In this document: piece after piece, positions 1 to 12,766 of the stretch
Layout of the letters: the number at the start of each line of letters is the position of its first letter
How positions within the stretch are numbered: position 1 is the first letter of the stretch
Assembly: GCA_002269645.1 (NCBI GenBank)
Contig: NIVC01000734.1
Coordinates: 62,001-126,000 of the forward strand
DNA from: Macrostomum lignano
Taxonomy: Eukaryota
DNA length: 64,000 nucleotides
Direction: 5' to 3'
The notes under the pieces: generated by a model
Seen by the model: the letters and a program-made list of their open reading frames with translations, nothing else
Database searches by the model: none
What the model was told of the DNA's origin: nothing
Made by a program: the position numbers and the translations under genes

Positions 1-1285
1 TATTAATAGCAATAATCCTTGGCTTATCGAGTGCATTAATCCTTGGTTTATTAATAGCAATAATCCTTGGCTTATCGAGTGCAGTAATCCTTGGTTTATT
101 AATAGCAATAATCCTTGGCTTATCGAGTGCAGTAATCCTTGGTTTGCCAAGAGCAATAGTCCTTGGTTTTTTGAGTGCAGTAATCCTTGGTTTATTAATA
201 GCAATAGTCCTTGGTTTATTGAGTGCAGTAATGCTTGGTTTATTAATAGCAATAATCCTTGGCTTATCGATTGCAGTAATCCTTGGTTTGCCAAGTGCAT
301 AATCCTTGGTTTATTAATAGCAATAATCCTTGGTTTATCGAGTGCAGTAATCCTTAGTTTATTAATAGCAATAATCCTTGGCTTATCGAGTGCAGTAATC
401 CTTGGTTTATTAATAGCAATAATCCATGGCTTATCGAGTGCAGTAATCCTTGGTTTGCCAAGAGCAATAGTCCTTGGCTTATCGAGTGCAGTAATCCTTG
501 GTTTGCCAAGAGCAATAGTCCTTGGTTTATTGAGTGCAGTAATCCTTGGTTTATTAATAGCAATAGTCCTTGGTTTATTGAGTGCAGTAATCCTTGGTTT
601 ATTAATAGCAATAATCCTTGGCTTATCGAGTGCAGTAATCCTTGGTTTGCCAAGTGCATAATCCTTGGTTTATCGAGTGCAGTAATCCTTGGTTTATTAA
701 TAGCAATAATCCTTGGCTTATCGAGTGCAGTAATCCTTGGTTTATTAATAGCAATAATCCATGGCTTATCGAGTGCAGTAATCCTTGGTTTGCCAAGAGC
801 AATAGTCCTTGGCTTATCGAGTGCAGTAATCCTTGGTTTGCCAAGAGCAATAGTCCTTGGTTTTTTGAGTGCAGTAATCCTTGGTTTATTAATAGCAATA
901 GTCCTTGGTTTATTGAGTGCAGTAATGCTTGGTTTATTAATAGCAATAATCCTTGGCTTATCGATTGCAGTAATCCTTGGTTTATTAATAGCAATAATCC
1001 TTGGCTTATCGAGTGCAGTAATCCTTGGTTTGCCAAGAGCAATAGTCCTTGGTTTTTTGAGTGCAGTAATCCTTGGTTTATTAATAGCAATAATCCATGG
1101 CTTATCGATTGCAGTAATCCTTGGTTTGCCAAGTGCATAATCCTTGGTTTATTAATAGCAATAATCCTTGGTTTATCGAGTGCAGTAATCCTTAGTTTAT
1201 TAATAGCAATAATCCTTGGCTTATCGAGTGCAGTATTCCTTGGTTTGCCAAGAGCAATAATCCTTAGCTTATCGAGTGCAGTAAT
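1..1285. repeat. 24-bp minisatellite (alternating AATCCTTGGCTTATCGAGTGCAGT / AATCCTTGGTTTATTAATAGCAAT variants) inside Helitron copy 1
   Basis: Direct tandem periodicity; 8-aa periodic read-through ORFs. Confidence 0.95.
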
Positions 1286-1958
1286 CTAAGTGTTTTTATT
1301 TAGTCCTTTAATAAAAGCTTTTAATAAAAAATTTACACTACTACTTTTAAACTACTTAGATTCGAACCCAGGTCGCTGCATTAGCAGTCTGGTCTGCTCA
1401 GCTCTAGGCTAGCTCTCATCGAAGTTATCAGTGAATTTGTACCACTTATATAATTAATTCAACACTCACACCAAGTCAGGTAGAGTAAAAAGTCACGCGA
1501 AGCAGTTATGACATAATCAATTTCTTAGGCAAGTCAGTACCAGTGTCTATGAAAGTTAACAATATGGTTACGTAATATAAATTCAGTACTGCACTATGCT
1601 TTCACACTCAAAGCTGTGACGCAATTCAATTGAGTGTCAAATTCAGCCAGTGCACAGACGATAAATAAAGTGTATTGTGATGCAATCTATTTCAGAATCA
1701 GAATTCAACCAGTCAGTTTTTTCTCTAGCATTCTTACAATGCATTTCAGGTCGAAAGAGCTGCTTGACCTTTGCAAAAAAGCATGTTTTTCGAATATTTA
1801 ATCCCTTTAACATTGAGCAATTTCTTAGCCAATATGCATGTACCGTCCCGGGAAAATTTCTGATCGAATGGTGCAAGTTTGAAGAAAATCGGTTGAGCCG
1901 TTCGGGAGAAAATCAATTACAAGCAAGCAACCAAGCATTTCATTTTTAGTATATTAGA
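1..1958 (-). mobile_element. Non-autonomous Helitron, family A copy 1 (3' end outside window)
   Basis: Minus strand begins A|TCTAATATACTAAAAATG (5'-TC at 1958-1957), followed by a Helitron-type AACGGCTCAACCGATTTTC segment. About 670 bp (1290-1958) is homologous to 4990-5565 and 43180-43786. Confidence 0.75.
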
Positions 1959-2151
1959 TTGACTCCCAACCGTATTCTAAGAAATAAAGCCTATTAGTAG
2001 AAACTAGCAATCTTTGCCCCCCGTTGGGGGACATCTATATAGAGTCTCTGTTCTCTACAAGTAAGTAACAAAAAATAGCGAAATAAAGCCTTCACAAAGA
2101 AAACAGACAAAATACTCAAATGAAGTGCAATGCAAAAAGAAATCATCGCAA

Positions 2152-2400
2152 GACAGCAAGCATCCCCCAGATAGTAAGCATCCCCCAGATAGCAAGCATC
2201 CCCCAGATAGCAAGCATCCCCCAGATAGCAAGCATCCCCCAGATAGCAAGCATCCCCCAGATAGCAAGCATCCCCCAGATAGCAAGCATCCCCCAGATAG
2301 CAAGCATCCCCCAGATAGCAAGCATCCCCAGATAGCAAGCATCCCCCAGATAGCAAGCATCCCCAAGATAGATAGCATCCCCAAATAGCAAGCATCCACC
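2152..2400. repeat. 18-bp minisatellite (CATCCCCCAGATAGCAAG) inside Helitron copy 2
   Basis: About 13 near-perfect tandem units. Confidence 0.95.
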
Positions 2401-2479
2401 AGACAATAAGTAGCTAGTGCGACAATTTCTTTAGCATTATAGCGGCTCCTTTAAAATTCACTTACTTTTACATTTGAAA

Positions 2480-4975
2480 TTGTGTATATTTTATGTTTAA
2501 CAGGGTGGCTCTTTTATGTTCTACATTGTGGCTCTTTTTTGTTCAACATGGTAACTCTTTTATGTTTGATACGGTGGCTTCCAATGTCTGACATGGTGGC
2601 TCTTCTATGTTTGACATGGTGGCTCTTCTATGTTTGACAAAGTGGCTCTTTAATGTTCGACATGGTGGCTCTTTAACGTTCGACATGGTGGCTCTTTAAT
2701 GTTCTACATTGTGGCTCTTTAACGTTCGACAGGGTGGCTCTTTAATGTTTGACATGGAGTCATGTATGTGTTAGACATGGAGTCATGTATATATTTGGCA
2801 TGGAGTCACATATATGCTTTACATGGTGGCTCTTTAATGTTCGACATGGTGGCTCTTTAACGTTCAACATGGTGACACTTTAATGTCTGAAATGATGGCT
2901 CTTTAATGTTTGACATGGAGTCACGTATACGCTTGACATGGTGACTCGTTAATGTTTGACATGGTGGCTCTTTAACGTTCGACATGGTGGCTCTTTAATG
3001 TTAGACATGGTGGCTCTTTAATGTTTTACATGGTGGCTCTTTTATGTTCGACATGGTGGCTCTTTAACGTTCGACATGGTGGCTCTTTAATGTTCGACAT
3101 GGAGTCACATATATGTTGGACATGGTGGCTCTTTAATGTTGCATGTTGGACATGGTGGCTCTTTAATGTTCGACTTGGAGTCACATATATGTTAGACATG
3201 GTGGCTCTTTAATGTTGGACATGGTGGCTTTTTAATGTTCGACATGGTGACACTTTAATGTCTGAAATGATGGCTCTTTAATGTTTGACATGGAGTCACG
3301 TATACGCTTGACATGGTGACTCGTTAATGTTTGACATGGTGGCTCTTTAACGTTCGACATGGTGGCTCTTTAATGTTAGACATGGTGGCTCTTTAATGTT
3401 TTACATGGTGGCTCTTTTATGTTCGACATGGTGGCTCTTTAACGTTCGACATGGTGGCTCTTTAATGTTCGACATGGAGTCACATATATGTTGGACATGG
3501 TGGCTCTTTAATGTTGCATGTTGGACATGGTGGCTCTTTAATGTTAGACATGGTGGCTCTTTAATGTTCGACATGGAGTCACATATATGTTGGACATGGT
3601 GGCTCTTTAATGTTGCATGTTGGACATGGTGGCTCTTTAATGTTAGACATGGTGGCTCTTTAAATTTTTTTCATGGTGGCTCTTAAATGTTTGACATGGT
3701 GGCTCTTTATTATTTGACATGGTGGCTCTTTAATGTTTGACATGGTGGTTCTTTAATGTTCGACATGGTGGCTCTTTAATGTTCAACGTGGTGGCTCTTT
3801 AATGTTCGAAAAAGTGGCTCCTTTATGTTTGACATGGTGGCTCTTTAATGTTTGACATGGTGGCTCTTTAATGTTTGACATTGTAGCTCTTAAATGTTCG
3901 ACATGGTGGTTCTTTTACGTTTGACATGGTGGCTCTTAAATGTTTGACATTGTAGCTCTTAAATGTTCGACATGGTGGTTCTTTTACGTTTGACATGGTG
4001 GCTCTTTAATTTTCGACATGTTGGCTCTTTTATGTTTGACATGGTAGCTCTTTAATTTTCGACAAAGTGGCTCTTTAATGTTTGACATGGTGGCTCGATA
4101 ATGTTTGACATGGTAGCTCTTTAATTTTCGACATGTCGGCTCTTTTATGCTTGACATGGTAGCTCTTTAATGTTCGACATGGTGGTTCTTTATTGTTAGA
4201 CATGGTGGCTCTTTTATGTTTGACATGGTGGCTTTTTCACGTTCGAAGTGGTGGCTCTTTAAAGTTTGACATGGTGGCTTTTTTATGTTTGACATGGTAG
4301 CTCTTTAATGTTCGACATGGTGGCTATTTTAAGTATGACAAAGTGGCTCTTTAATTTTTGACATGGTGGCTCTTTAATGTTTGACATCGTGGCTCTTTAA
4401 TGTTCGACATGTCGGTTCTTTTACATTTGACATGGTGGCTGTTTAATGTTCGAAAAAGTGGTTCTTTATTGTTAGACATGGTGGCTCTTTTATGCTTGAC
4501 ATGGTGGCTTTTTCACGTTCGACGTGGTGGCTCTTTAAAGTTTGACATGGTGGCTTTTTTATGTTTGACATGGTAGCTCTTTAATGTTTGACATGGTGGC
4601 TCTTTTAAGTATGACAAAGTGGCTCTTTAATTTTTGACATGGTGGCTCTTTAATGTTTGACATGGTGGCTCTTTAATGTTCGACATGTCGGTTCTTTTAC
4701 GTTTGACATGGTGGCTCTTTAAAGTTCGACATGGTGGTTCTTTTACGTTTGACATGGTGGCTCTTTAATGTTCAACATGTCGGTTCTTTTACGTTTGACA
4801 TGGTGGCTCTTTTATGTTTGACATGGAGTCACGTATATATGTTTTACATGGAGTCACAAATATGTTTGACATGGTGGCTTTTTAATGCTTGACATGGTGG
4901 CTCGTTTATGTTTGGCATGGTGGCTCTTTAATGTTCGACATGGTGCCACTGATATGTTTGACATTGTGCTTCTTT
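2480..4975. repeat. 23-bp minisatellite (ACATGGTGGCTCTTTAATGTTYG) inside Helitron copy 2
   Basis: About 100 tandem units with higher-order block duplications. Confidence 0.95.
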
Positions 4976-7689
4976 TATGTTTAGCAGTTTCATGTTTTCA
5001 AGGTGTTTTAATAAAAAAATTATTTTGCACTACTAAGATTCGAACCCAGGTCGCTACATTAGCATTCCAGTCTGTTCGCATCTGGGCTATCTCTTTTCAA
5101 TTGGAGTACATCAATTGTGGCCCTTATAATTCAATTCTTACAGCAAGTCAATTAGAGTAAAAAGTTATGACAAAATCAATTTCTCAGTCAGCCAGTATCA
5201 GTTTCAATTCAAGTTAGCAATATTGGTTACGCAATTTAAATCAAGTCGTGTGTGCATTTCTTCGGCACTGTTTTCTACTTGTTGTGATGCAATCTTTATC
5301 AGAATTGAAATTCAGCCAGTCAGTTTTTTCTCTAGCATTCTTACAATGCATTTCAAGTCGAAAATTTTGCTTGACCTTTGCAAAAAAGCATGTTTTTCGA
5401 ATATTTAATCCCTTTAATATATAGCAATTTCTTAGCCAAGATGCATGTACCGTCCCAGGAGAATTTCTGATCGAATGGTGCAAGTTTGAAGAAAATCGGT
5501 TGAGCCGTTCGGGAGAAAATCAATTACAAGCAAGCAACCAAGCATTTCATTTTTAGTATATTAGATAACAAGTCTACTGAAACATGACATTAAAATGCAA
5601 GTCATTGGGTATATAAATAGAAAATTCTTTGCTTCTTATCATGATGAATCAAGATATGCATTTCAATTCTTAATAAAGTTTTAACTTACCTATTAAGAGA
5701 ATTAAAACCTTATGGCAGCACAACCAAAATGTCTAAAATGTAAACAACAAAAATTATATCATTTTCATTATTTTTAGTGCTGGAAAAAACTCAAAGCAAA
5801 TGTATGCATTACTCAGAAACAGCCTCTAAATTGTCTATCAAAATTAAATTCGTCAGATGCTTGGTGAAAGGTACTCATCATAGTTGTATGTATATTTATG
5901 ATACAAGAATAAAGAAATGAAATCACTAGAAACATACCTCAAAATTCTTGAAAAAATTATTGGCTGGTTGAAATCTGCAATTGAGTAAGATGCAAAATTA
6001 TAAAATGACTTTATTATATTTCAAGGACAAGAAAAATATAAAGACATTTATAAATTTATGTGCAAACTATATTTGTAAGGTATAGCAAGATATTTATAGA
6101 CCTTGGCTTTAGTATAAAGGACATTAACTTTAGTGTCAGAAATTTCTAGCATTTGTATTAGCTAGTGCACACTTGGTGCACAAGTCTTATAACATATAGC
6201 TTGATTAATTGTCAAAAAATTGGGTATGTTGCATGCACTACATAGATTAGTATATATACAAAGGATAAAGCATATTTAATTTCAATAAGGAAGCCATGCT
6301 AGGCCCCTATGTTATGCACTATAGTTTCTTATTAAAGCACACTATATAAATTTTGTTGAAGTATATAAATAGTATATTTTTAATAATAATATAAGAACGA
6401 TATAAAATCAGCTTTTCTAAAAAATCAATTAAATTATGAAATTATAATTTAATAAATAGCTTTATCAAATGTTACTTTAACTTTTACTTTAACATATTTT
6501 AACTTAGAATATACTTTTTTTCAATTTATATAAATGTTTAATATCTATATGGATAGCTTGACAAATCTACTATGCAGCTCAGCCACTGTCAGGAAGTTAT
6601 CCAATATATGCCAGAGTTTTTTAGGTAAAAGCTTATGTGCATGATGAGTATACCAAAATTTCAAAATTATAAAATCCTACTTTTGTGCTTTTGTGTTGCA
6701 ACAATAAAGGACCTTTTTCTATTACATAGGCTTAGTAGTTTGGTGGTTATGGTAATTTTCATTCTAGCCTTTTTTACTTAACAATTAAAAAAAAATTAAA
6801 GATACACAAAAATCTTTATAAAAAAATTAAAAAAATATATACAAAGAACTCACCTATACTCTGGATCATGTATTATTTTTATGCCTAAAAATCTGGGTAT
6901 ACACTGGCCTTATAGTCTGGATCATGCTAGGTGCATGCCAAACAAAAATTGAATAATTACAAATGCATACAAAAAATTGAATACATGCTTATTCTTGCAA
7001 CTATGCCCATGTTGCAACAATAAATGACCTTTTTAATTGTATAATGGACATTTTTTGTCAAATAAGTTGGTTGATTTTTATGCTTTTTAGCACTACTTAT
7101 AGCAGAAAATTAAAACATGGAAATTTTTTTAAATGCTTTAATTATAAGCTAAAAACCCCAGAAAGCTTACAATTTACACTTAATAATGAACTTTTATATT
7201 TTTTTCTACTTCACCATAACTCTTCCATATAATTCTATAAAGTGCATGCCAAGTATACATGCACACTTTTTATTAGGAGTAATATGCACCAACTGTGCAT
7301 GCATATTTTTGGTGTGCAAGGCCAATGCACACCCAAGTTTTCAGGTATATACTATTACTATATGTTCCATAGTGTGGCTCTAGAACAGCAACTTCTGCTA
7401 ATCCACCAGCAGCTTTCGCCCTTATTGGAATAAGTTGACAAAATGTGGACAACTGTCTGTCGCATTTTCAGATTCTCCTGAGGTCGCATTGTATGACAAT
7501 GGTGTCAAGTGGTGTGTCACATCGCGCAACAATGTGGCAACCTGGTGTCATCATGCATCACATTATTGATTTCCATAATGGGTCATAAAGTATAGGGTGG
7601 GGGACAAAGCATTGGTATGCCCCTCTCCCTTAGATATTTTACTAGGAGACATGTCCCCCCTGTTCTCCTCATTAGCAATGCCCTTGGAG

Positions 7690-7944
7690 GGGAAGGGAAA
7701 GAATCGAGAGAACAGAGGCAAGAGGGGAAAGGACAAGAGAGGAGAGGAAAGAGGGGAAAGATAAAAGAGATGGGACAAGAGAGAGCAGAGAGATAAGAGG
7801 AAAGAGTTAAGAGAAGAGAGGAGAAAGGAGAGAAGAGAGATAAGGGAAATATTAAGAGAGGATAAAGTAAGGAGTGAGAAGGGAGAAGAGAGAAGAGAGA
7901 GTAGAGAGAAATGAGAAGAGATAAAAAAGGAGAAGAGTGATAAG
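7690..7944. repeat. GA-rich low-complexity tract, left half; continues at 10277-10470
   Basis: Purine-only tract interrupted exactly at the TAAG duplication flanking the Sola2-like element. Confidence 0.8.
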
Positions 7945-9405
7945 GGGCAATTCCATGAGTGTGACGGTCGTAGCTTGATGACTTTGAACTTTAATTCTGA
8001 CACGAAAAAAATACTTATACCAGAGTTTTTTGTCTCAAAAGAACAATTCTGTAATGCAGTCTAGGGAAAACAAACATTTCTGCACACAGAAATTTATTTT
8101 AAACAAATGGGACACGATTTAGTGGTCGTAGCCACAGAATTGAGCACAGGTGCAGTTGGAAAAAAAGAATTTTAAATCCTGAGAATTACAACTGCTTAGG
8201 TATCTAAATTGGTCTGTTTCTGATAAAAAACACTAGCACCTTGAAAAAAGAGACAAAGCTAGGCGTAGTACTCTTTTTTATTAATTTTTATGATTATTTT
8301 TTGTTGTGACGGTCATAGTGTGACGGTCGTAGCCTTCAATTTACCCACTCTAACCAACTCAGAAATATTGAAAACTGCATGTAACACAAACAAAAAAAGA
8401 CTACTAAAAGTCATAATTCAAATTGTACACCAATGTTACGTATTTCAACAGTAATTATAAGTGACTAAAATCATTATTATGGGGGTCATCGTTGGAGCTT
8501 CCGATGGAAGGCTGCTGGACAATGACCCCAGTTGGCTATCCCATCAAGCGACCCCTGGCATCCATCTGGTAAATGGCGCTAATCCAACGTTAAAACATGT
8601 GTGCAATTTAACTATAAAATGAGTTAGAAAATGCATTTGAATTAGAAAATGGTATAATTGGCTACTAGGAAAGTAACTGCTATGAGCAACTGGGGGAACA
8701 GCAAAACGCTGACAGCAAAATGAACAGTAGTTGGGGTGAACAATCATTAGCCCAGGTGAACAAAGTCAAGGGCATTTAGTCACGCATTGTCAGGGGCAGA
8801 TACACACCAATAGTGAACAGTTATTTAATCAGACAGCTGCAGACATATAGCCAACCAGTCGGGATACAAATTATAGTCAAACTCAAAATGGGATGGGGAA
8901 CTCAAAGTGCCCACGATTGTTCTTGGGCGTGGGGGGCTGAAGATGCTGCACGATGTCTGACAGTGCATAATAAATGCAGTCTTGCTTCTTTGGCCAGTGG
9001 TAGGTGTTTGGCCCGCACTCAGCCATGACACTGACCTTGGCCTCTGGCTCGCCATTCTTTGTGCAGACTTTCACTACCTGGCCAGCGTACAGCTTCCCGT
9101 TGTAAGTGACAGCCACCCATTGGCCTTTGGCTAGCTGGCTGGCACTGCTGGCGTCTTCCATCACACCAGTGACACCACCAGAAGGCTGGTCACCATCAGG
9201 CCGGACAAGCTGCACAATAGACACGCCAATGGTAGACAGGGTGGCAGAGCAGTCCACTCCGTCAGGCTTGGCTGCCCAATAGTGTAGGCGCATGATGCCG
9301 ACAGTCTGGTAAAAAAAGGGGTTGGTTTATGGAATTCAAAATATTGTTGGGTGTTGTTTTTAAAAGTATTTTTGCCTTCTGTCTTAACTTTTTTACTTAC
9401 CTCTG

Positions 9406-9688
9406 GGCCCTATTGCAGCGCATGGCTTAAGTACGCCAGACGCCTACACAACCTGCGCCACGCTGTGAAATGACTTACCTATGAAAGAAACTCTAAAGCA
9501 AAATTAACGCAGTTTTGGGTAAACGGCAGGAGTAACTATGACTGTCTTATCAAGCCTAAATGCCTCGGCATCTAATTAGTACCGCGCCGCGCCGTACTAA
9601 TCGCCGCGCGCCGTACGCGCCGCGCCGCGCCGTATTAGATCCGCGCCGGACGCCGTCCGCCAAAATGCCCATGCGCTGCAATCAGGCC
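9406..9688. mobile_element. 283-bp MITE nested in the Sola2-like element
   Basis: 20-bp TIR GGCC(CT/TG)ATTGCAGCGCATGG; TCTG duplicated on both flanks (9402-9405, 9689-9692). Confidence 0.75.
9518..9580 (+). other. Diverged 28S rRNA fragment (helices H69-H71), not an rRNA gene
   Basis: GGGTAAACGGCAGGAGTAACTATGACTGTCTTATCAAGCCTAAATGCCTCGGCATCTAATTAGT aligns without gaps to conserved eukaryotic LSU ...GGTAAACGGCGGGAGTAACTATGACTCTCTTAAGGTAGCCAAATGCCTCGTCATCTAATTAGT. Confidence 0.85.
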
Positions 9689-12600
9689 TCTGGGGCCAAA
9701 GTCAGTTAGTCAGTTAGTCAGCCAAAATTCCTGTGACGGTTGTAGCTAACTTTGCAGACTTTTTTCTACTAGCCCTTAAGACTTATGTGAACCAAATTTT
9801 ACCAAATAAAAGTACACATGAAAGACTAATTTTTGTGCATTTTTACAATAGTAGGTCTTACAGGAAAGCCAAGAAAAAACTTTTTAGATTTTTTTGTGAC
9901 GGTCATAGCTGTACTACAGTTTTTAAACTTTGAAGTCCAATATTCATTGTCCTATGAACTTTACATTAAAAAGAAAGATTGCAATAAGCTGCAAAAGACA
10001 CACTTAACGTATAGAAAAAAAAGTATGGCTCAATGAAATACCAAACAGCCAGGGAATGAAATTATATTTGTTATAAGAAAAGCATTATATTTAGGTCCGG
10101 GTGAAGGGTATGCACATTGGAAGCAAAAAATTAAATGAAAAAAGGCAGCAGATTAAAAAAAAATAAAAAGGACAAAAATATACATGTTTAACTATATTAT
10201 AAACATAAAGTTGTCATTATTCAACAATTTTTTAATTTTTGTCCTAGTGGTGACCCATTCGTGGAATTGCCCTAAGAGATAAAAGAACAGAGTTGAGAGA
10301 AAAGAGAGGAGAGAGAAAAGAATAGAGGGGAGAAGGAAGAGATGAAAGAAGAAGGGAGAGAAAGGAAAGGAAAGAAGAAAGAAGAGATGAGAGGAGAGAA
10401 GAGACCAGAGTTGAGAGAAAAGAAAGAAAACAAAAGAGAATATCTAAGGGACATAGGGGGAGGCAGAGGTAGAGGCCAGAGTTTGCCTTATATTCTGCAC
10501 AGAATCCCAGCTAGGCCTAACAATATATTCATGTTTGTCTCAAATCCTAATTTTACACAAATGTATTCTATTTTACCCTAAATTGAACTCTATCCTAACT
10601 ATTAACAAGTTTTTGTTTGAGTTTGACCTCTGATTTTGAATACATGCAAAAATAGTTCTGGGGATTTGAATTCCCTAGGTTCAAAATCTATAGGTTTCAA
10701 CAGCTTGTATACTGTATACAAGTACAATGACAAAATTGTTCATTAAAAGAACATTAAAGCAGGTTTCCATCACTCTTTCCCTACTTCTCTTCCTTTAATC
10801 TTTTTGTCTAGCAGACAAATTTGTTTGCCAATTTGTACACAGCAGACAAACTTGTGGCAGACGAATTGACTAGCACCTGGAGCATAGGCCATAGGTGTCC
10901 TTATAATTTAGGGCCTAGCCTAACTAGAGCCTAAAAAAAGAATTAAAAAAATTCAGGGAGGGGACAATACAATATAGTGTGCTGTGCTGCTGCTGCATGG
11001 ACTCATTTTCTGGGGGGGGGGGCAGGGGGGCACGTGCCCCTAGCTAGAACCAAAGTTCTCATTGCACATAGGCCTAGTCATAGACACACTAGATGACGAA
11101 ATGACTAGGAACCGGGGCTGTGTAGCCTCTGAGCCCCCCGTCAGTCTGCACTGGCGGAACCGCCACTGCGTGCTTATTGGGATTAGGGATAGGTAAAAAA
11201 TTGATACATAATAATTATATAATTATATTTATAATCATATCTATAAATATAATATACACAAGAAAAATATAGACCTAGTAGTATAGTGTGACAGATTAGT
11301 AATAGTTGATCTGTGTCGTTTAAAATTCCAAATTTTACGTTTACGAAATGAACTGTTACACACTTTGAAGGGAGTGAACAAGGAGCGCGCGCGGCGGGCG
11401 GCCCAGGAGGAAAGGGAGAATCCTTTTCAAAAATTATTAGGTTGAAGTACAAATTTTTTACTTCCTAAAATATTTGTATTAAATAAATTTAAAAAATTAA
11501 GTCTTTTTTAAACTTTTAATGTTTTTGATCATATTCAGAAGCATTTTTAGCTTGCTTTGTTTTACTACGGAAATTTTAAATCCGTTAATGCGTCACGCAG
11601 GCAGGCCTGCCCGCAGCCATAATTGATCCTTACTTCACTTCACTAATTGGCCTGCTTGCTTGACTAGTCCTTGTGCTTGCATGCAGCTTGAATGAGTGAG
11701 TTAGTGAGAGAGTGAATGCATGAACCTTTCGCCTATCATCTTAAAATCGCACCATGAAGGTGAGCATATGGTGCGATTTGGCACCTTGTCTTTGGCGAAA
11801 AAGAAAACCCTGATCCCTACTTGCTGAATCTAGTCCATTTTTGTAATTAGGTAATAACCTTTTTGATAATAACTATTTTGGTGACAGACAACAAGACCTT
11901 GGCTTGGCCTAATATGATATTGTCATATTGATAAAAAATAGCTAATTATTGTTAACATTGTCATTGATATTATTTTTTATTAGGCCTAGTCTTACACTTG
12001 TAAGAACACTAGGCCTAGTCACTAGAGAATTTTTTAGCTTGATCTATCTCTAGCAGAAAAGAATTTTATATAAAACATAAAAAGTAGGCCCCTCTGCCTC
12101 TATTATGTTAGTCAGAGAATAAATAAGTATCATTACAATTTTTATGTCTAAAAGGCCTATAGGCTAGGCCCTAGGCCTATTCTATAAAAAAAAAGTTATG
12201 AAAAAACATATAAGAATGAAGCATATAAAACATTTGTGGTATATTTTTATTTTTGATAATTATAATTTGGCAATCTTTTACTTTACTGCGTTTAATTTTT
12301 TTAATGGTTCTTTTTAAATTTCAGAATATAAAGATGTTAGGAAGATAAAAGGTAAATGTCTAAGTGTTAGGTAAGTCAATTAGTCAGTAATAATGAGCCA
12401 CCCAGTACAGGAAGTGGCCAAACTCCTTTCTAGGAAAGAGCCGGTGCCAGAGATACTCGCTGAGATGCTTTCAAACAGAGCTTTGGAAGTGCCATGCATC
12501 GCAGCACAAGCTCGCATAGCGTGACATCAATGTCACACAGCTCGGCTGCTAGCCTTAGATTGGCCTTGGGCACTGATGTATGCAGATGCAGACATGACAC

Positions 12601-12766
12601 AGATAACAGTGATTAGTCCTTGTTTACAAATGTGATGGTCACCTTATTAGTGTCACCACAAGCCTCAATCTATATTAGTTTGTGCGGTGTTTCCAGAAGT
12701 AGTAGTTTCCAGAAGTAGTTTCACAGAAGTCTGTCCTAGTTGTAGCAGTACTGCCATCAGATGTAG

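Larger units (their letters stand above)
2004..5565 (-). mobile_element. Non-autonomous Helitron, family A copy 2 (complete)
   Basis: 5'-TC at 5565-5564. 3' CTAG at 2007-2004, preceded on the minus strand by a CCCCC-AAC-GGGGG hairpin (2017-2030). Inserted between A and T (2003/5566) with no TSD. Confidence 0.85.
7945..10272 (-). mobile_element. Sola2-like non-autonomous DNA transposon with a C-terminal transposase remnant
   Basis: TIRs GGGCAATTCCAYGA... at both ends; 4-bp TSD TAAG (7941-7944, 10273-10276); GRG terminus. Repeated TGTGACGGTYRTAG motifs at about 7960, 8305, 8319, 9733, 9896. ORF 8883-9293(-) ends in a Tudor-like WVAVTY..YAGQV..WPKKQD segment seen at the C-terminus of some transposases. 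Superfamily inferred from termini and TSD. Confidence 0.65.

Noticed and set aside
354-4975. Long periodic ORFs over the first arrays (e.g. 642-1289, 3396-3686)
   Set aside because: Stop-free read-through of 18-24-bp minisatellites inside Helitrons; open in several frames with no unique coding flanks.
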